DNA of 64,000 nucleotides, taken from positions 648,788-712,787 of the forward strand of contig CP064989.1 in NCBI GenBank assembly GCA_016699875.1. Reading direction: 5' to 3'. The notes beneath the pieces were generated by a model. The model ran no database searches. It saw nothing but the letters and a program-made list of their open reading frames with translations, and had not been told where the DNA came from. Every line of letters begins with the position of its first letter. Within the stretch, counting starts at the first letter, position 1. This document shows, piece after piece, positions 21,118 through 30,373 of this stretch. Position numbers and translations under genes: made by a program. The DNA is from Candidatus Moraniibacteriota bacterium (GTDB lineage: Bacteria > Patescibacteriota > Minisyncoccia > Moranbacterales > UBA1568).

Positions 21118-22131
21118 ATGGACATATCGGAGCAAACACGGTGGCTCAACGCGAAGTGTCCCGATGGCGGACTTCTTCAGTCGGAGGAGTGGCGACGGCT
21201 CAATGATCGAGAGGGCTTTGTTACAAGACACTTTGAAAGCGATGAGTTGTGGGCGAATGGTATCGAGTACGCGCTTCCGATAGCGGGGAAGTATTGGTAT
21301 CTGCCGCGCGGACCCGTCCTTGAATTGCCGATATCTGATTCTCAGCAAAGATGCTGGCGGGATATTCTCCAAGAGGCGCAGAAAAATGCCTTGGGCTGGA
21401 TACGAATGGAGCTGAAAAATGAGGAGGAACTCAGCCGTGTCGGCGAATGGTCAAAAGAATTTTCCATGAGGAAGGCGCCTCACGATATGCAACCGAGAGA
21501 GATTTTGGTTGCGGATATTTCGGGCAGTGAAGAGGATCTTTTCGCCAATATGAAATCAAAGACGCGGTACAATATCCGGATTGCCGAGAGGCATGGGGTC
21601 GAAGTTTTTTCCGGTCGGGACGAAGGTATGCTCTGTGAATTTCTCCGCATAAATCAAGAGATGGCTCGACGGAATCGGATTTCGACGCATGCTGACCAGC
21701 ATTACCGGATGCTTCTGGATTCTTTCCCGAGTGATCAAATCGAGTTACTTATAGCAAAGCATGGAGGGCGTTATCTTGCGGCGATGTTGGTAGTATTTTT
21801 CGGAGATACGGCGACCTATTTGCATGGCGCTTCGAGTGACGATGAACGCGGTCTTATGGCGCCGTATCTTTTGCAGTGGCGCGCGATAGAAATGGCACGG
21901 CGTCGCGGGTGCGTGCGCTATGACTTTGGCGGTGTCGACACGGCGGGTTTTGCGCCGAGTCTTTCGGGTGTTACGCGATTCAAGCAAGGATTTGCAAGAA
22001 ATGTCAACGCTATCCGGTATCCTGGAAGCTATGATATAGTGCTTATACCAAGCAGATATAGCCTGTATAAGGCGATGAGTATGTCAAAATATATTGTCAA
22101 TAAAGCAAAACGTGTCTTGACAAAACAATAA
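21118..22131 (+). CDS. FemAB-family aminoacyltransferase (peptidoglycan bridge formation / lipid II amino-acid transferase-like)
   Basis: KSKTRYNIRIAERHGVEV and an overall FemX-like architecture. 337 aa. Confidence 0.55.
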   Translation: MDISEQTRWLNAKCPDGGLLQSEEWRRLNDREGFVTRHFESDELWANGIEYALPIAGKYWYLPRGPVLELPISDSQQRCWRDILQEAQKNALGWIRMELKNEEELSRVGEWSKEFSMRKAPHDMQPREILVADISGSEEDLFANMKSKTRYNIRIAERHGVEVFSGRDEGMLCEFLRINQEMARRNRISTHADQHYRMLLDSFPSDQIELLIAKHGGRYLAAMLVVFFGDTATYLHGASSDDERGLMAPYLLQWRAIEMARRRGCVRYDFGGVDTAGFAPSLSGVTRFKQGFARNVNAIRYPGSYDIVLIPSRYSLYKAMSMSKYIVNKAKRVLTKQ

Positions 22132-22144
22132 TTTATTGCGATAA

Positions 22145-22945
22145 TTGCACGTCCGAATGGAGGCGGACAGCTTTAACCTTATGTCTATGATCGAAAAAGA
22201 TATTCAATCTCTCGGTCTCAACGAAAAAGAAGCGAAGGTCTATCTCGCATCGCTCGAGCTTGGGCAAGCGACGGTGCAGAAGATTTCGGCGAAAGCGGGT
22301 ATTAAGCGTCCGACCACCTATTTCATCATCGAGAACCTGATGGAGCGCGGTCTCATGTCGAGCTACTATCAGGGGAAGAAGCAGCTCTTCATGGCGGAAA
22401 TGCCGGAGCGTATTCTCGATCTTATCGCCAAGGAGCGGAAGGAATTGGAGCTTCGCGAAGAGCAGTTTAAGCGTCTGCTTCCCGAACTGCAGTCAATCAA
22501 CAATCGCAACAAAGACAAGCCAGTTGTGAAATACTACGAAGGGAAAGATGGGATTCTCACAATGACATCAGAGCATATCAAGTTGAGTAAGAATCAGACA
22601 TTTTACAATGTTTTCTCGCGAGATATTATTGAGCAAGTGGTGTCGCAAGATGAGTTAAAAACTCTGCGAAAAGAAAGAGTCGTTAATAAACTTCAGGCAA
22701 AAGCTATATATACTCGAGAGGCTGGTGATTTAGAAGGTGTAGAGAATGCCAATCTGGTTCGTTTGCCGCTAAAGGATTTTCCTGTTACGTGCGATATCGC
22801 TTTTTATGAAGACAAGGTTCGCATTGCTTCGTTCAAAGATAGGCTTATGGGTGTTGTGATTGAGGACAAAGAGATAGCTCAGTCGTTTAGAGCAGTGTTT
22901 GAACTTGCCTGGAAATGGGTGAACAGAGAACGGACAGAGCAATAG
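22145..22945 (+). CDS. TrmB-family transcriptional regulator
   Basis: N-terminal wHTH LNEKEAKVYLASLELGQATVQKISAKAGIKRPTTYFIIENLMERGL. An alternative start at 22181 (MSMIEKD) is likely. Confidence 0.55.
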   Translation: MHVRMEADSFNLMSMIEKDIQSLGLNEKEAKVYLASLELGQATVQKISAKAGIKRPTTYFIIENLMERGLMSSYYQGKKQLFMAEMPERILDLIAKERKELELREEQFKRLLPELQSINNRNKDKPVVKYYEGKDGILTMTSEHIKLSKNQTFYNVFSRDIIEQVVSQDELKTLRKERVVNKLQAKAIYTREAGDLEGVENANLVRLPLKDFPVTCDIAFYEDKVRIASFKDRLMGVVIEDKEIAQSFRAVFELAWKWVNRERTEQ

Positions 22946-23031
22946 TATGCAGAGAATGAAATAGAAGAAACCAAAAAAGTGCACATAAAAAGCATAAAAA
23001 AATGGGCCCCGAAATATTCTCCGGAGCCCTT

Positions 23032-23040
23032 GGGGGGGGG
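23032..23040. repeat. poly-G homopolymer (G9)
   Basis: cccttGGGGGGGGGtat, 260 bp upstream of murE. A possible slipped-strand site. Confidence 0.6.
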
Positions 23041-23298
23041 TATTTTAGTACGGCATGACCTTTTCTCCTTCATGGGAGAGTCTCCTTATACTCTGTGCAC
23101 AGAGCTTTCGGAGGTGAAAGAACCATCCGCGAATCCTCCCGATCCTTTGCTGGAAAGACGCGCGAACACCGACACTACATCTCGAAGTTAGCATATTTTG
23201 AGATTTTGTCAAGTACGGAAGCCATTTGGCGTATTTCTTTGGATTATTTCAAATGTAGATTTCTAATCGTTGTTCTCCTGTGTGTTATACTTTAAATC

Positions 23299-24573
23299 AT
23301 GATGAGGACCTTTTTGAAGAGGCTTTTTCCGCAATCGTTGAAGAATATCTATCATCTTTCAGGTGCTGCGATGGCGGGTGTTTTCTTCGGGTTTCCGGGG
23401 CGGAAATTGCGAGTGATTGGGGTAACAGGGACGGACGGAAAGACAACCACAGTCCAGTGTATCGGCGCCATTATTCGCGAGTCAGGAAAGAAGGCAGCGA
23501 TTGCGTCGACAATCAACTTCCGTATCGGAGAGCGGGAATGGGTGAATACATCGAAATTCACGACACTTTCCGGCTGGAAGGTGCAGAAGTTTTTGCGCGA
23601 GGCGGTTTCTGCCGGATGTGAGTATGCTGTGCTCGAGGTGTCGTCACATGCTCTTGATCAGGGGAGGGTATTTGGCGTGCCGTTCGAGGTGGCGGTTATT
23701 ACCAATGTGACGCGCGAGCACCTCGATTATCACGGGACCATGGAGGAATATCGCCGGGCAAAGCGCCGGCTTTTTGATCGAGCGAAGGTCGGCGTGGTGA
23801 ATCTCGATATGGAAGACTCCGAGGAATTTCTGGCAACGCCTCCGCCCAAACACGTGACATACAGCAGAGTAGACGCTTCGGCGGATGTCTTGGCAGAAGA
23901 TATCTCCGCAACGCTCGAAGGGTCGGCATTCCGTATCAGCGAGACAGAATTCTGTCTGGCGCTTCCGGGACTATTTAACATCGAGAATGCGCTTGCGGCA
24001 GTTGCTGCAATGGTGTCGTGCGATATTTCCTATGAAATTGCCGCACGCGCCTTGTCTCATGTCCGAGGTGTTCCGGGGCGCATGGAACATGTGGCAAATG
24101 ATCGGGGTATTACGGTTTTAATTGACTATGCGGTGACACCGAATGCATTGGAGAATCTCTATGCTCTTGTTTCAAGCATAAGAACGTCACGAGAAAAGAA
24201 AGTTATCGCTGTTTTTGGCGCCTGTGGCGATCGTGATCGAGGAAAACGGCCTCTTATGGGAGAAATCGTTTCATCGAACGCCGATATCATCATATTGACC
24301 AATGAGGATCCGTATACGGAAGATCCCGGCAGAATTGTTCGTGAGATACAGTCGGGAATTGTGAACAAGATCCTTGGGAAAAATCTTTTTGTGATCATGG
24401 ATCGGCGGGAGGCGATTGCAAAAGCTCTTGATCTGGCTGTTCCGGGCGATATGGTGCTGGTGACAGGAAAGGGCGCCGAGGAATTCATGGCAGTCGGCAG
24501 TCGTCGGATTCCTTGGAATGACAAACGGGTTATTGAAAGTATCTTGCAAGGGATGAATGACAATGAAGTGTAG
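23299..24573 (+). CDS. murE: UDP-N-acetylmuramoyl-tripeptide synthetase (MurE-type Mur ligase)
   Basis: GVTGTDGKTTT P-loop, LIDYAVTPNALE (DYAHTP-like) and the Mur ligase C-terminal domain. Confidence 0.8.
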   Translation: MMRTFLKRLFPQSLKNIYHLSGAAMAGVFFGFPGRKLRVIGVTGTDGKTTTVQCIGAIIRESGKKAAIASTINFRIGEREWVNTSKFTTLSGWKVQKFLREAVSAGCEYAVLEVSSHALDQGRVFGVPFEVAVITNVTREHLDYHGTMEEYRRAKRRLFDRAKVGVVNLDMEDSEEFLATPPPKHVTYSRVDASADVLAEDISATLEGSAFRISETEFCLALPGLFNIENALAAVAAMVSCDISYEIAARALSHVRGVPGRMEHVANDRGITVLIDYAVTPNALENLYALVSSIRTSREKKVIAVFGACGDRDRGKRPLMGEIVSSNADIIILTNEDPYTEDPGRIVREIQSGIVNKILGKNLFVIMDRREAIAKALDLAVPGDMVLVTGKGAEEFMAVGSRRIPWNDKRVIESILQGMNDNEV

Positions 24574-24618
24574 TGCGCATCATGTTTTCTGAGCGGACGA
24601 TATCGCTGTTATACATAT

Positions 24619-24652
24619 AAAAACAAGAGTGTCATGGAACTCTTGTTTTTAT
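24619..24652. terminator. bidirectional terminator (aaaaACAAGAGTgtcatggaACTCTTGTttttatt)
   Basis: Hairpin between convergent murE and the FtsX-like gene. Confidence 0.6.
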
Positions 24653-24718
24653 TCCCGCTTTCTGAATTTGCAGCGGTTTTTATCGATTTGCTGCGAACAG
24701 TTTGTGTGTTGTGTGTCT

Positions 24719-25903
24719 CTATTTGTATCGCAGAGCGTCCAGGGGATCAATGCGGCTTGCTTGTCGGGCTGGGAAGAGTCCGGTGAAGAGTCCGACGACA
24801 GACCCGAATGCGACTACGACAAGAATAAACCAGGCAGGTGTCGAAAAGAGGCTGACGCTTGTGCCACCAAAGCGCGTTGCAATGAAGTTGAGAAGAGAAT
24901 TGCACACTTTGCCACCGAACCATCCCAAGAGGACTCCAACCAAGCTTCCGAGGAAACCCATGAGGGTTGCTTCTACGATAAACATAAGGGAGATGCTTGA
25001 TTTCGAAGCGCCGATTGATCGCATAATGCCGATTTCCTCGGTGCGCTCCAGAAGGGCGATAGTCATGGTATTGAACATTCCGATTGCGGAAACGAAGAGG
25101 GCGACCAGTCCGAATGCCATGAGAATTATCTGTATCGCACTGAATACCTTGTTTGCCTGACTGATTGTGTCGGAGATGGATGAAACGGAGAAACCGAGCG
25201 CGAGGATTTTATCTCGTATGGGCGTGGTTTGATCGGCAGTTTCCGCCTTTACTTTGAGTGCCTGGAAGCGCCCGGTGTTGGCAGCGGGAAAATCATCAAG
25301 GGAAAAATACGCTATATTTTCTTCGGTTTCAACGACGCCGACGATCTGAAAAGTTTTCGGGCCGGCTGTGGCAGTTTTTCCAGCCTCTCCTTCGACGGGG
25401 AGAAAAAGTGTAAGCGCGAAATCTTTCCCTATCATCTCTTCCGGAGATTTTCCGAATGTTTTTGCAATGCCGGAGGTGATTACTATCGTATTCGGATCAG
25501 TGGAGAGAAGTGTGCCGGAAAGCGTCTTGATGTTTTCCAATCGGAGAAATGTGGCCGAAGAGCCAAGGGTGTCGAGATCGAGTGTGATATCGCCGAATTT
25601 TCCCTGTCCGCGAACACGAACGGCGGGAATGGTTGCTGTGACGCCGGGAAGATCTCGTATGGTATCTATGGATTCTTGGTTAATGATAGCGCCTTTCGTT
25701 TGGTCCTCGGAAATATCGAGTGTTGCGAGCGCATCGGATGTGGTGATGCGTTGGAGAAGGGTTTCTTGCAATCCGTACCCGAGCGATACGAGGAAGAGGA
25801 TAGCAGCGATGCCGATTGACATGCCGAGAATTGTGAGGAGTGTTCGCATGGTACGCGCGCGAAACATGCGAAGGGACAGTTTGAGTATGTCAGAGAAATG
25901 CAT
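24719..25903 (-). CDS. FtsX/MacB-like ABC transporter permease
   Basis: 394 aa. N-terminal TM, large extracytoplasmic domain, three C-terminal TM helices (FtsX fold). Confidence 0.75.
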   Translation of the reverse strand: MHFSDILKLSLRMFRARTMRTLLTILGMSIGIAAILFLVSLGYGLQETLLQRITTSDALATLDISEDQTKGAIINQESIDTIRDLPGVTATIPAVRVRGQGKFGDITLDLDTLGSSATFLRLENIKTLSGTLLSTDPNTIVITSGIAKTFGKSPEEMIGKDFALTLFLPVEGEAGKTATAGPKTFQIVGVVETEENIAYFSLDDFPAANTGRFQALKVKAETADQTTPIRDKILALGFSVSSISDTISQANKVFSAIQIILMAFGLVALFVSAIGMFNTMTIALLERTEEIGIMRSIGASKSSISLMFIVEATLMGFLGSLVGVLLGWFGGKVCNSLLNFIATRFGGTSVSLFSTPAWFILVVVAFGSVVGLFTGLFPARQASRIDPLDALRYK

Positions 25904-25929
25904 ATGGAGAGAGTGAGAACGGAATTTTG

Positions 25930-27249
25930 TTAAGAATATTTCAACAGCATAATGATCTCGACCTCGCGGACGATACGATCGGCAGTGTTGCTATAGAGGC
26001 CAACTCCCCCGAGAGATTTCGGCGCATCGAGGCGTTTCTCGAGTTCGGCGCGATTAATGCGATTGTCAATGCGGAGTCTGAGTGCGGCACGAAAACGATC
26101 AAGGGCGACGCCCGAAAGCTTTATACTGAACTGGTCGCTCAGATAGTCGGAAAGTGCCGTGTGTGCCCGATCGACGTGGTCGGCAATGATTCTTGATTGT
26201 GTGACGAGCGATTCGATTCGGTTGGAAAAATTTCGAGCCTGTTTCTTGTTCCATCCGCCACCGCCTTTCTCCGGATCGAGGTCGAGCTTGCTAGAGAATT
26301 GTTCGCGGTTGATATTGTTGAAGAGATACTCTTTGAGGAAGCTTTCTGCAGATGAGAGCTGCTCTTCGGTCAGATTAGAAAGCACATGCGCGAGGAGCTG
26401 CTTGGCTTTGAAGGGAATAAGAAGGACATTCATTTGCTGGGATGAGAGGCTTCGGAATGACCCCATGAGCATTTTGAGTTCTGGCGGGAGGTTATCTTCG
26501 ACGGGCTCAGGTTCCGGTTTCTTCGCTTCGAGCTTTCGCTTGTCTTTCTGTACAACCTCTTTCTCAATTCGTCCGTCCTTCATGTAGATAACGCGGTCGG
26601 CATAAGGGAGGTGTTCGGCATTATGCGTTACCATGATGACCGTTTTCTTGTCGACCTCGTTGAGTTCTTTGAGAATTTCGAGCACGTTCTGCGCGGATTC
26701 GCTATCGAGATTGCCGACGGGTTCGTCTGCGAGAATTATCTCCGGATTGTTGACGAGGGATCTTGCAATAGCGACTCGCTGCTTCTGTCCGCCGGAGAGC
26801 TGGTTGGGGAACTTATCCATTTGCTCAGCAATGCCAAACCGTCGCAAGAGTTTGATGCCGTCTTTGCGGCGGTTCTTGACGTTTTCACCTCGGAATGTCT
26901 TTGGAAGGCAAACATTTTCGACAATGTTGAGAGAAGGAATGAGATAGAATGCCTGGAAAACCATCCCAATCCACATTTGATGGAATTCGAGTTCTTCGCG
27001 CGGCGTCATCTTTGAAAGGGGCTTTTGTTTGACGATTACATCGCCGTAAGTCGGCTTTTGAAGTCCGGATATTGAGTAGAGGAGCGTTGATTTCCCGCAT
27101 CCGGACGGTCCATAAATGATGACATATTCCTCCGGGTAAATTTCAAGATTCGTTTCCTCGAGTGCGCGAACCTCATTTGATTTTCCCTGATTGTAGATGA
27201 CGCGGAGTCGATTGATGGCGATAATGGGCGTGGACATAGAAAGGGGCAA
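25930..27249 (-). CDS. ABC transporter ATP-binding protein (FtsE/MacB-type) with a roughly 200-aa C-terminal extension of unknown function
   Basis: Walker A GPSGCGKST, signature LSGGQKQRVAIAR, Walker B ILADEP. The extension begins around KDKRKLEAKKPEPEP. Confidence 0.85.
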   Translation of the reverse strand: MPLSMSTPIIAINRLRVIYNQGKSNEVRALEETNLEIYPEEYVIIYGPSGCGKSTLLYSISGLQKPTYGDVIVKQKPLSKMTPREELEFHQMWIGMVFQAFYLIPSLNIVENVCLPKTFRGENVKNRRKDGIKLLRRFGIAEQMDKFPNQLSGGQKQRVAIARSLVNNPEIILADEPVGNLDSESAQNVLEILKELNEVDKKTVIMVTHNAEHLPYADRVIYMKDGRIEKEVVQKDKRKLEAKKPEPEPVEDNLPPELKMLMGSFRSLSSQQMNVLLIPFKAKQLLAHVLSNLTEEQLSSAESFLKEYLFNNINREQFSSKLDLDPEKGGGGWNKKQARNFSNRIESLVTQSRIIADHVDRAHTALSDYLSDQFSIKLSGVALDRFRAALRLRIDNRINRAELEKRLDAPKSLGGVGLYSNTADRIVREVEIIMLLKYS

Positions 27250-27395
27250 ATGGCGACGTGAAAGCTCTTTGCGTATTATACCATTCTTTGATTTTTCACA
27301 CGCGTGATATACTGGAAAAAAGTTATGCCCACAGTTTCTTTATGGGTGAATATTTGGGGTGATATTGTTTCGGCGTCATTGTGATTTCTGATGCT

Positions 27396-27932
27396 ATGAA
27401 AACAAACAAAAAAGATATTAGCGTGCTCATTGTTGACGATGATCAGTCGACTCGTGAGGTATATCGGGATCTCTTGAAATTGGCCGGGTTTTCCATTATC
27501 GAATCTCAGGATGGAAAAGATGCACTCACAAAGTTCAAACAGCATCTTCCGCAAGTAGTATTTACCGGGATCGATCTTCCTGGGTCGGACGGCTTCTCGC
27601 TCATTACTCATATTCGCGAGAGCGATCTTCCGCAGCCTTTTTTTATTGTAAACAGCCACAATGATCGGCAGATTGATCGCGCCAAGGCCGTTGAATTCAA
27701 TGTGGATGGTTTCTTTGTGCGAGGATTTTCCGCCCCAAAGAATGTGATCGATTTGATAACGGCACTCACAAAGAAGCGGAGTCGGCATCATTCTTGGGGA
27801 GCTGATCCTATTTTTTGGGATCGATCCCGCTTTGAGGATGTGACAGAAAAGTATGGTATGAAGCTCTTCTTACTGTCGGCTATTATGATATTTCTCGCCT
27901 TGCTCATTGCGCTGTTTGTGCGGGGTATGTAA
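27396..27932 (+). CDS. stand-alone response-regulator receiver (REC) domain protein with a C-terminal TM anchor
   Basis: ISVLIVDDDQSTREVYRDLL...D at the phospho-acceptor position. C-terminal hydrophobic LFLLSAIMIFLALLIALFV. Confidence 0.6.
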   Translation: MKTNKKDISVLIVDDDQSTREVYRDLLKLAGFSIIESQDGKDALTKFKQHLPQVVFTGIDLPGSDGFSLITHIRESDLPQPFFIVNSHNDRQIDRAKAVEFNVDGFFVRGFSAPKNVIDLITALTKKRSRHHSWGADPIFWDRSRFEDVTEKYGMKLFLLSAIMIFLALLIALFVRGM

Positions 27933-28096
27933 TTGGGCGGCTTAATGTAGATGATATTGGCGCAAAAAATCCGCGCGCGCTTCTCTCTTTCGAACACATG
28001 CGGTATACTGATGTACTCAGTATAAATGTGTCGTTTCATTGCGAACGGACTGTTATGCTGATCCGTATGGAATGGCTTGGACTTTGAGAACGCTCC

Positions 28097-29359
28097 ATGT
28101 TGTCTAAAATAGGAATCAAACAAATAGTCGTAGCGCTTCTTGTTTTTGCAGGAGCATTGTTTGGCGCGTCTCCAATAATGCGAGCGCATGCCGATGAGAC
28201 CATGGTTATTGAGGTGCTCGAACGTTCCGACTGTGCGCACTGTCAAGAGGAGGAGAAATTTCTCTCCGAACTGAGCGCGCGTCGGGATGATTTCTCGGTC
28301 AAGCTCTACGATATAGATAGGGAAGGAAAGGAATTATTTGACAGAATTACTGCTCTTGAACAACTTCCGAAAGCAACGCCCGTTACGATTGTTGGCGGGG
28401 TCATCATTCAGGGGTTCGATGCGTCGGATACGACTGGAAAGCGCATCGAATCGCTTCTCGATGCGAGCAAAGGAAAAGAACAAGTGACGTTTGATCAGTA
28501 TTTGGCTATGGATAGCGAGCGTCGTGCATCGAAAGCGGAGCAAGTGGCTGGAGCTTCATGCGCAGATGGAACTGTGTGCGCATTTCCGAATGCCGAATCG
28601 TACCTGGTCTCCCTGCCGTTTATTCGGAGTGCGGTGGATGTTTCAAAATTTTCTCTCCCAATGCTTTCAGTGGTGCTTGGATTTGTTGACGGCTTCAATC
28701 CCTGTGCTATGTGGGTTCTGGTGACATTTCTCGTGCTTCTTGCTCAGACGGGGTCGAGGAAGAAATTGATTCAGGTTGCCGGACTCTTTATTGTGGCGGA
28801 GACAGTCATGTACTACCTTATCCTGAATGTTTGGTTTACGACATGGAATTTCATTGGGCTTGATCGTATTGTGACGCCGATTGTCGGTATCGTGGCAACG
28901 GGTGGCGGTCTGTTTTTTCTCTATGAGTGGTATAAATCGCTTGGAACAAAAATAGCGTGTCAGATTGTCGATGCTGAAAACCGGTCCAAGATTGTGCAAA
29001 AAATAAAAAAATTCATTACCGGGGACTTTACCGTCTTGGCGGCGCTTGGTATCATTGGACTTGCTTTTACTGTAAATGTAATCGAATTTGCTTGCTCCAT
29101 TGGGATTCCGCAGGCGTTTACAAAGATTATCGAGCTCAACCACTTAGGGTTTTGGCAAACGCAGTTCCTGATGGCAATATTCATATTCTTCTACATGATT
29201 GATGATATTTTGGTGTTTGGATTGGCGATCTGGGGGTTTGAGAAAATGCACCTGACCGAAAAATATTCGCAGTGGTCGGCACTGATTGGCGGTGTTCTTA
29301 TGCTTCTTCTCGGATATCTGCTCATGTTTCGTCCGGATGTTGTCAGTCGGCTTGGCTGA
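28097..29359 (+). CDS. thioredoxin/glutaredoxin-like CxxC domain fused to a CcdA/DsbD-type membrane thiol-disulfide transporter
   Basis: Signal peptide. CAHC redox motif. The membrane domain carries the two conserved cysteines (FNPCAMWVL and EFACSIGIP) that are typical of the DsbD/CcdA family. Confidence 0.55.
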   Translation: MLSKIGIKQIVVALLVFAGALFGASPIMRAHADETMVIEVLERSDCAHCQEEEKFLSELSARRDDFSVKLYDIDREGKELFDRITALEQLPKATPVTIVGGVIIQGFDASDTTGKRIESLLDASKGKEQVTFDQYLAMDSERRASKAEQVAGASCADGTVCAFPNAESYLVSLPFIRSAVDVSKFSLPMLSVVLGFVDGFNPCAMWVLVTFLVLLAQTGSRKKLIQVAGLFIVAETVMYYLILNVWFTTWNFIGLDRIVTPIVGIVATGGGLFFLYEWYKSLGTKIACQIVDAENRSKIVQKIKKFITGDFTVLAALGIIGLAFTVNVIEFACSIGIPQAFTKIIELNHLGFWQTQFLMAIFIFFYMIDDILVFGLAIWGFEKMHLTEKYSQWSALIGGVLMLLLGYLLMFRPDVVSRLG

Positions 29360-29456
29360 CACGGAGGATGAACCGGATATTTTGGAATGAGGCGAGGGTT
29401 TTTGTAAGAGGAATGCTCGAACGAATTGATAACTATAATTTACTTTTTTCTCTCCT

Positions 29457-30293
29457 ATGGAAGAAAAGGAACGACAAGAAATGCCGACGCGTCGCCGACG
29501 ATCGGAAGGATCGCTCATAGCTTCGAGTATGTGGGGCGCGGGGATATTGATCTCTATTGCGATTGTTGCCGGGTCGGTTGCCATCACTTTCGCTATTTTG
29601 AAATCAAGCCTCTTTGTTTCATCGGACGCCTCGCAGAAAGCCGGTTCAGCAGCAGTGCCTGCTATTGGGAACCAGGCGGCTCCATCTGCTGCGAATGTTC
29701 CGGCTCCGACGGAGAAGACCGTGGTAATGGCATCGATGGGAAGCTCTCCGGTTTTAGGAAATCCGAAAACGGCAAAAGTGGCTATTGTCGAGTGGACCGA
29801 CTTGGAATGCCCGTTCTGTAAACAGTTTCATGATCAAACATTCGATTCAATCGTGAAGAACTATGTGGATACCGGGCAAGCGCTTTTCGTGCTACGGAAT
29901 TATCCGTTGAGTTTTCATGGCGAGGCAGCGATAAAGGAGGCGAATGCGGCACTGTGTGTTCGTGAGGCAGCTGGCGATAAAGCATACTTTTCTTTTGTGG
30001 GTGATGTGTATGCAACAACCGGGACCAACGGAAAGGGGATGCCAGATGAAACCCTGGCAAGTCTTGCGGCAAAAGCTGGTGGGAAATCACTTGCTTCATG
30101 TATAGGTGATCAGAAATTTAAGAGCGTTATTGATGCGGATCTTCAAGAAGGGACGGATACCGGCATATCCGGAACGCCGGGATTTGTCATTGGGAAGATA
30201 AGTAGTGGAGGTTCAGTTGAAGGTGAACTCATCTCCGGGGCCATGCCGTACTCGGAATTCAAGAAGGCGATTGATGCCGCGCTGGGATCGTAG
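29457..30293 (+). CDS. DsbA-family thiol:disulfide oxidoreductase, membrane-anchored
   Basis: TM anchor, then a thioredoxin fold with a CPFC active site (WTDLECPFCKQF). Alternative start at 29481. Confidence 0.7.
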   Translation: MEEKERQEMPTRRRRSEGSLIASSMWGAGILISIAIVAGSVAITFAILKSSLFVSSDASQKAGSAAVPAIGNQAAPSAANVPAPTEKTVVMASMGSSPVLGNPKTAKVAIVEWTDLECPFCKQFHDQTFDSIVKNYVDTGQALFVLRNYPLSFHGEAAIKEANAALCVREAAGDKAYFSFVGDVYATTGTNGKGMPDETLASLAAKAGGKSLASCIGDQKFKSVIDADLQEGTDTGISGTPGFVIGKISSGGSVEGELISGAMPYSEFKKAIDAALGS

Positions 30294-30373
30294 GGCACTC
30301 ATTATCGCATACTGAAAATACCCCCGCACTTTCTATGTGGCACAGTAATGTGATGTATGGAGGGAATCAAGAA

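Noticed and set aside
26611-27015. Plus-strand ORFs overlapping the ABC ATPase gene
   Set aside because: Antisense to a gene with clear Walker and signature motifs.
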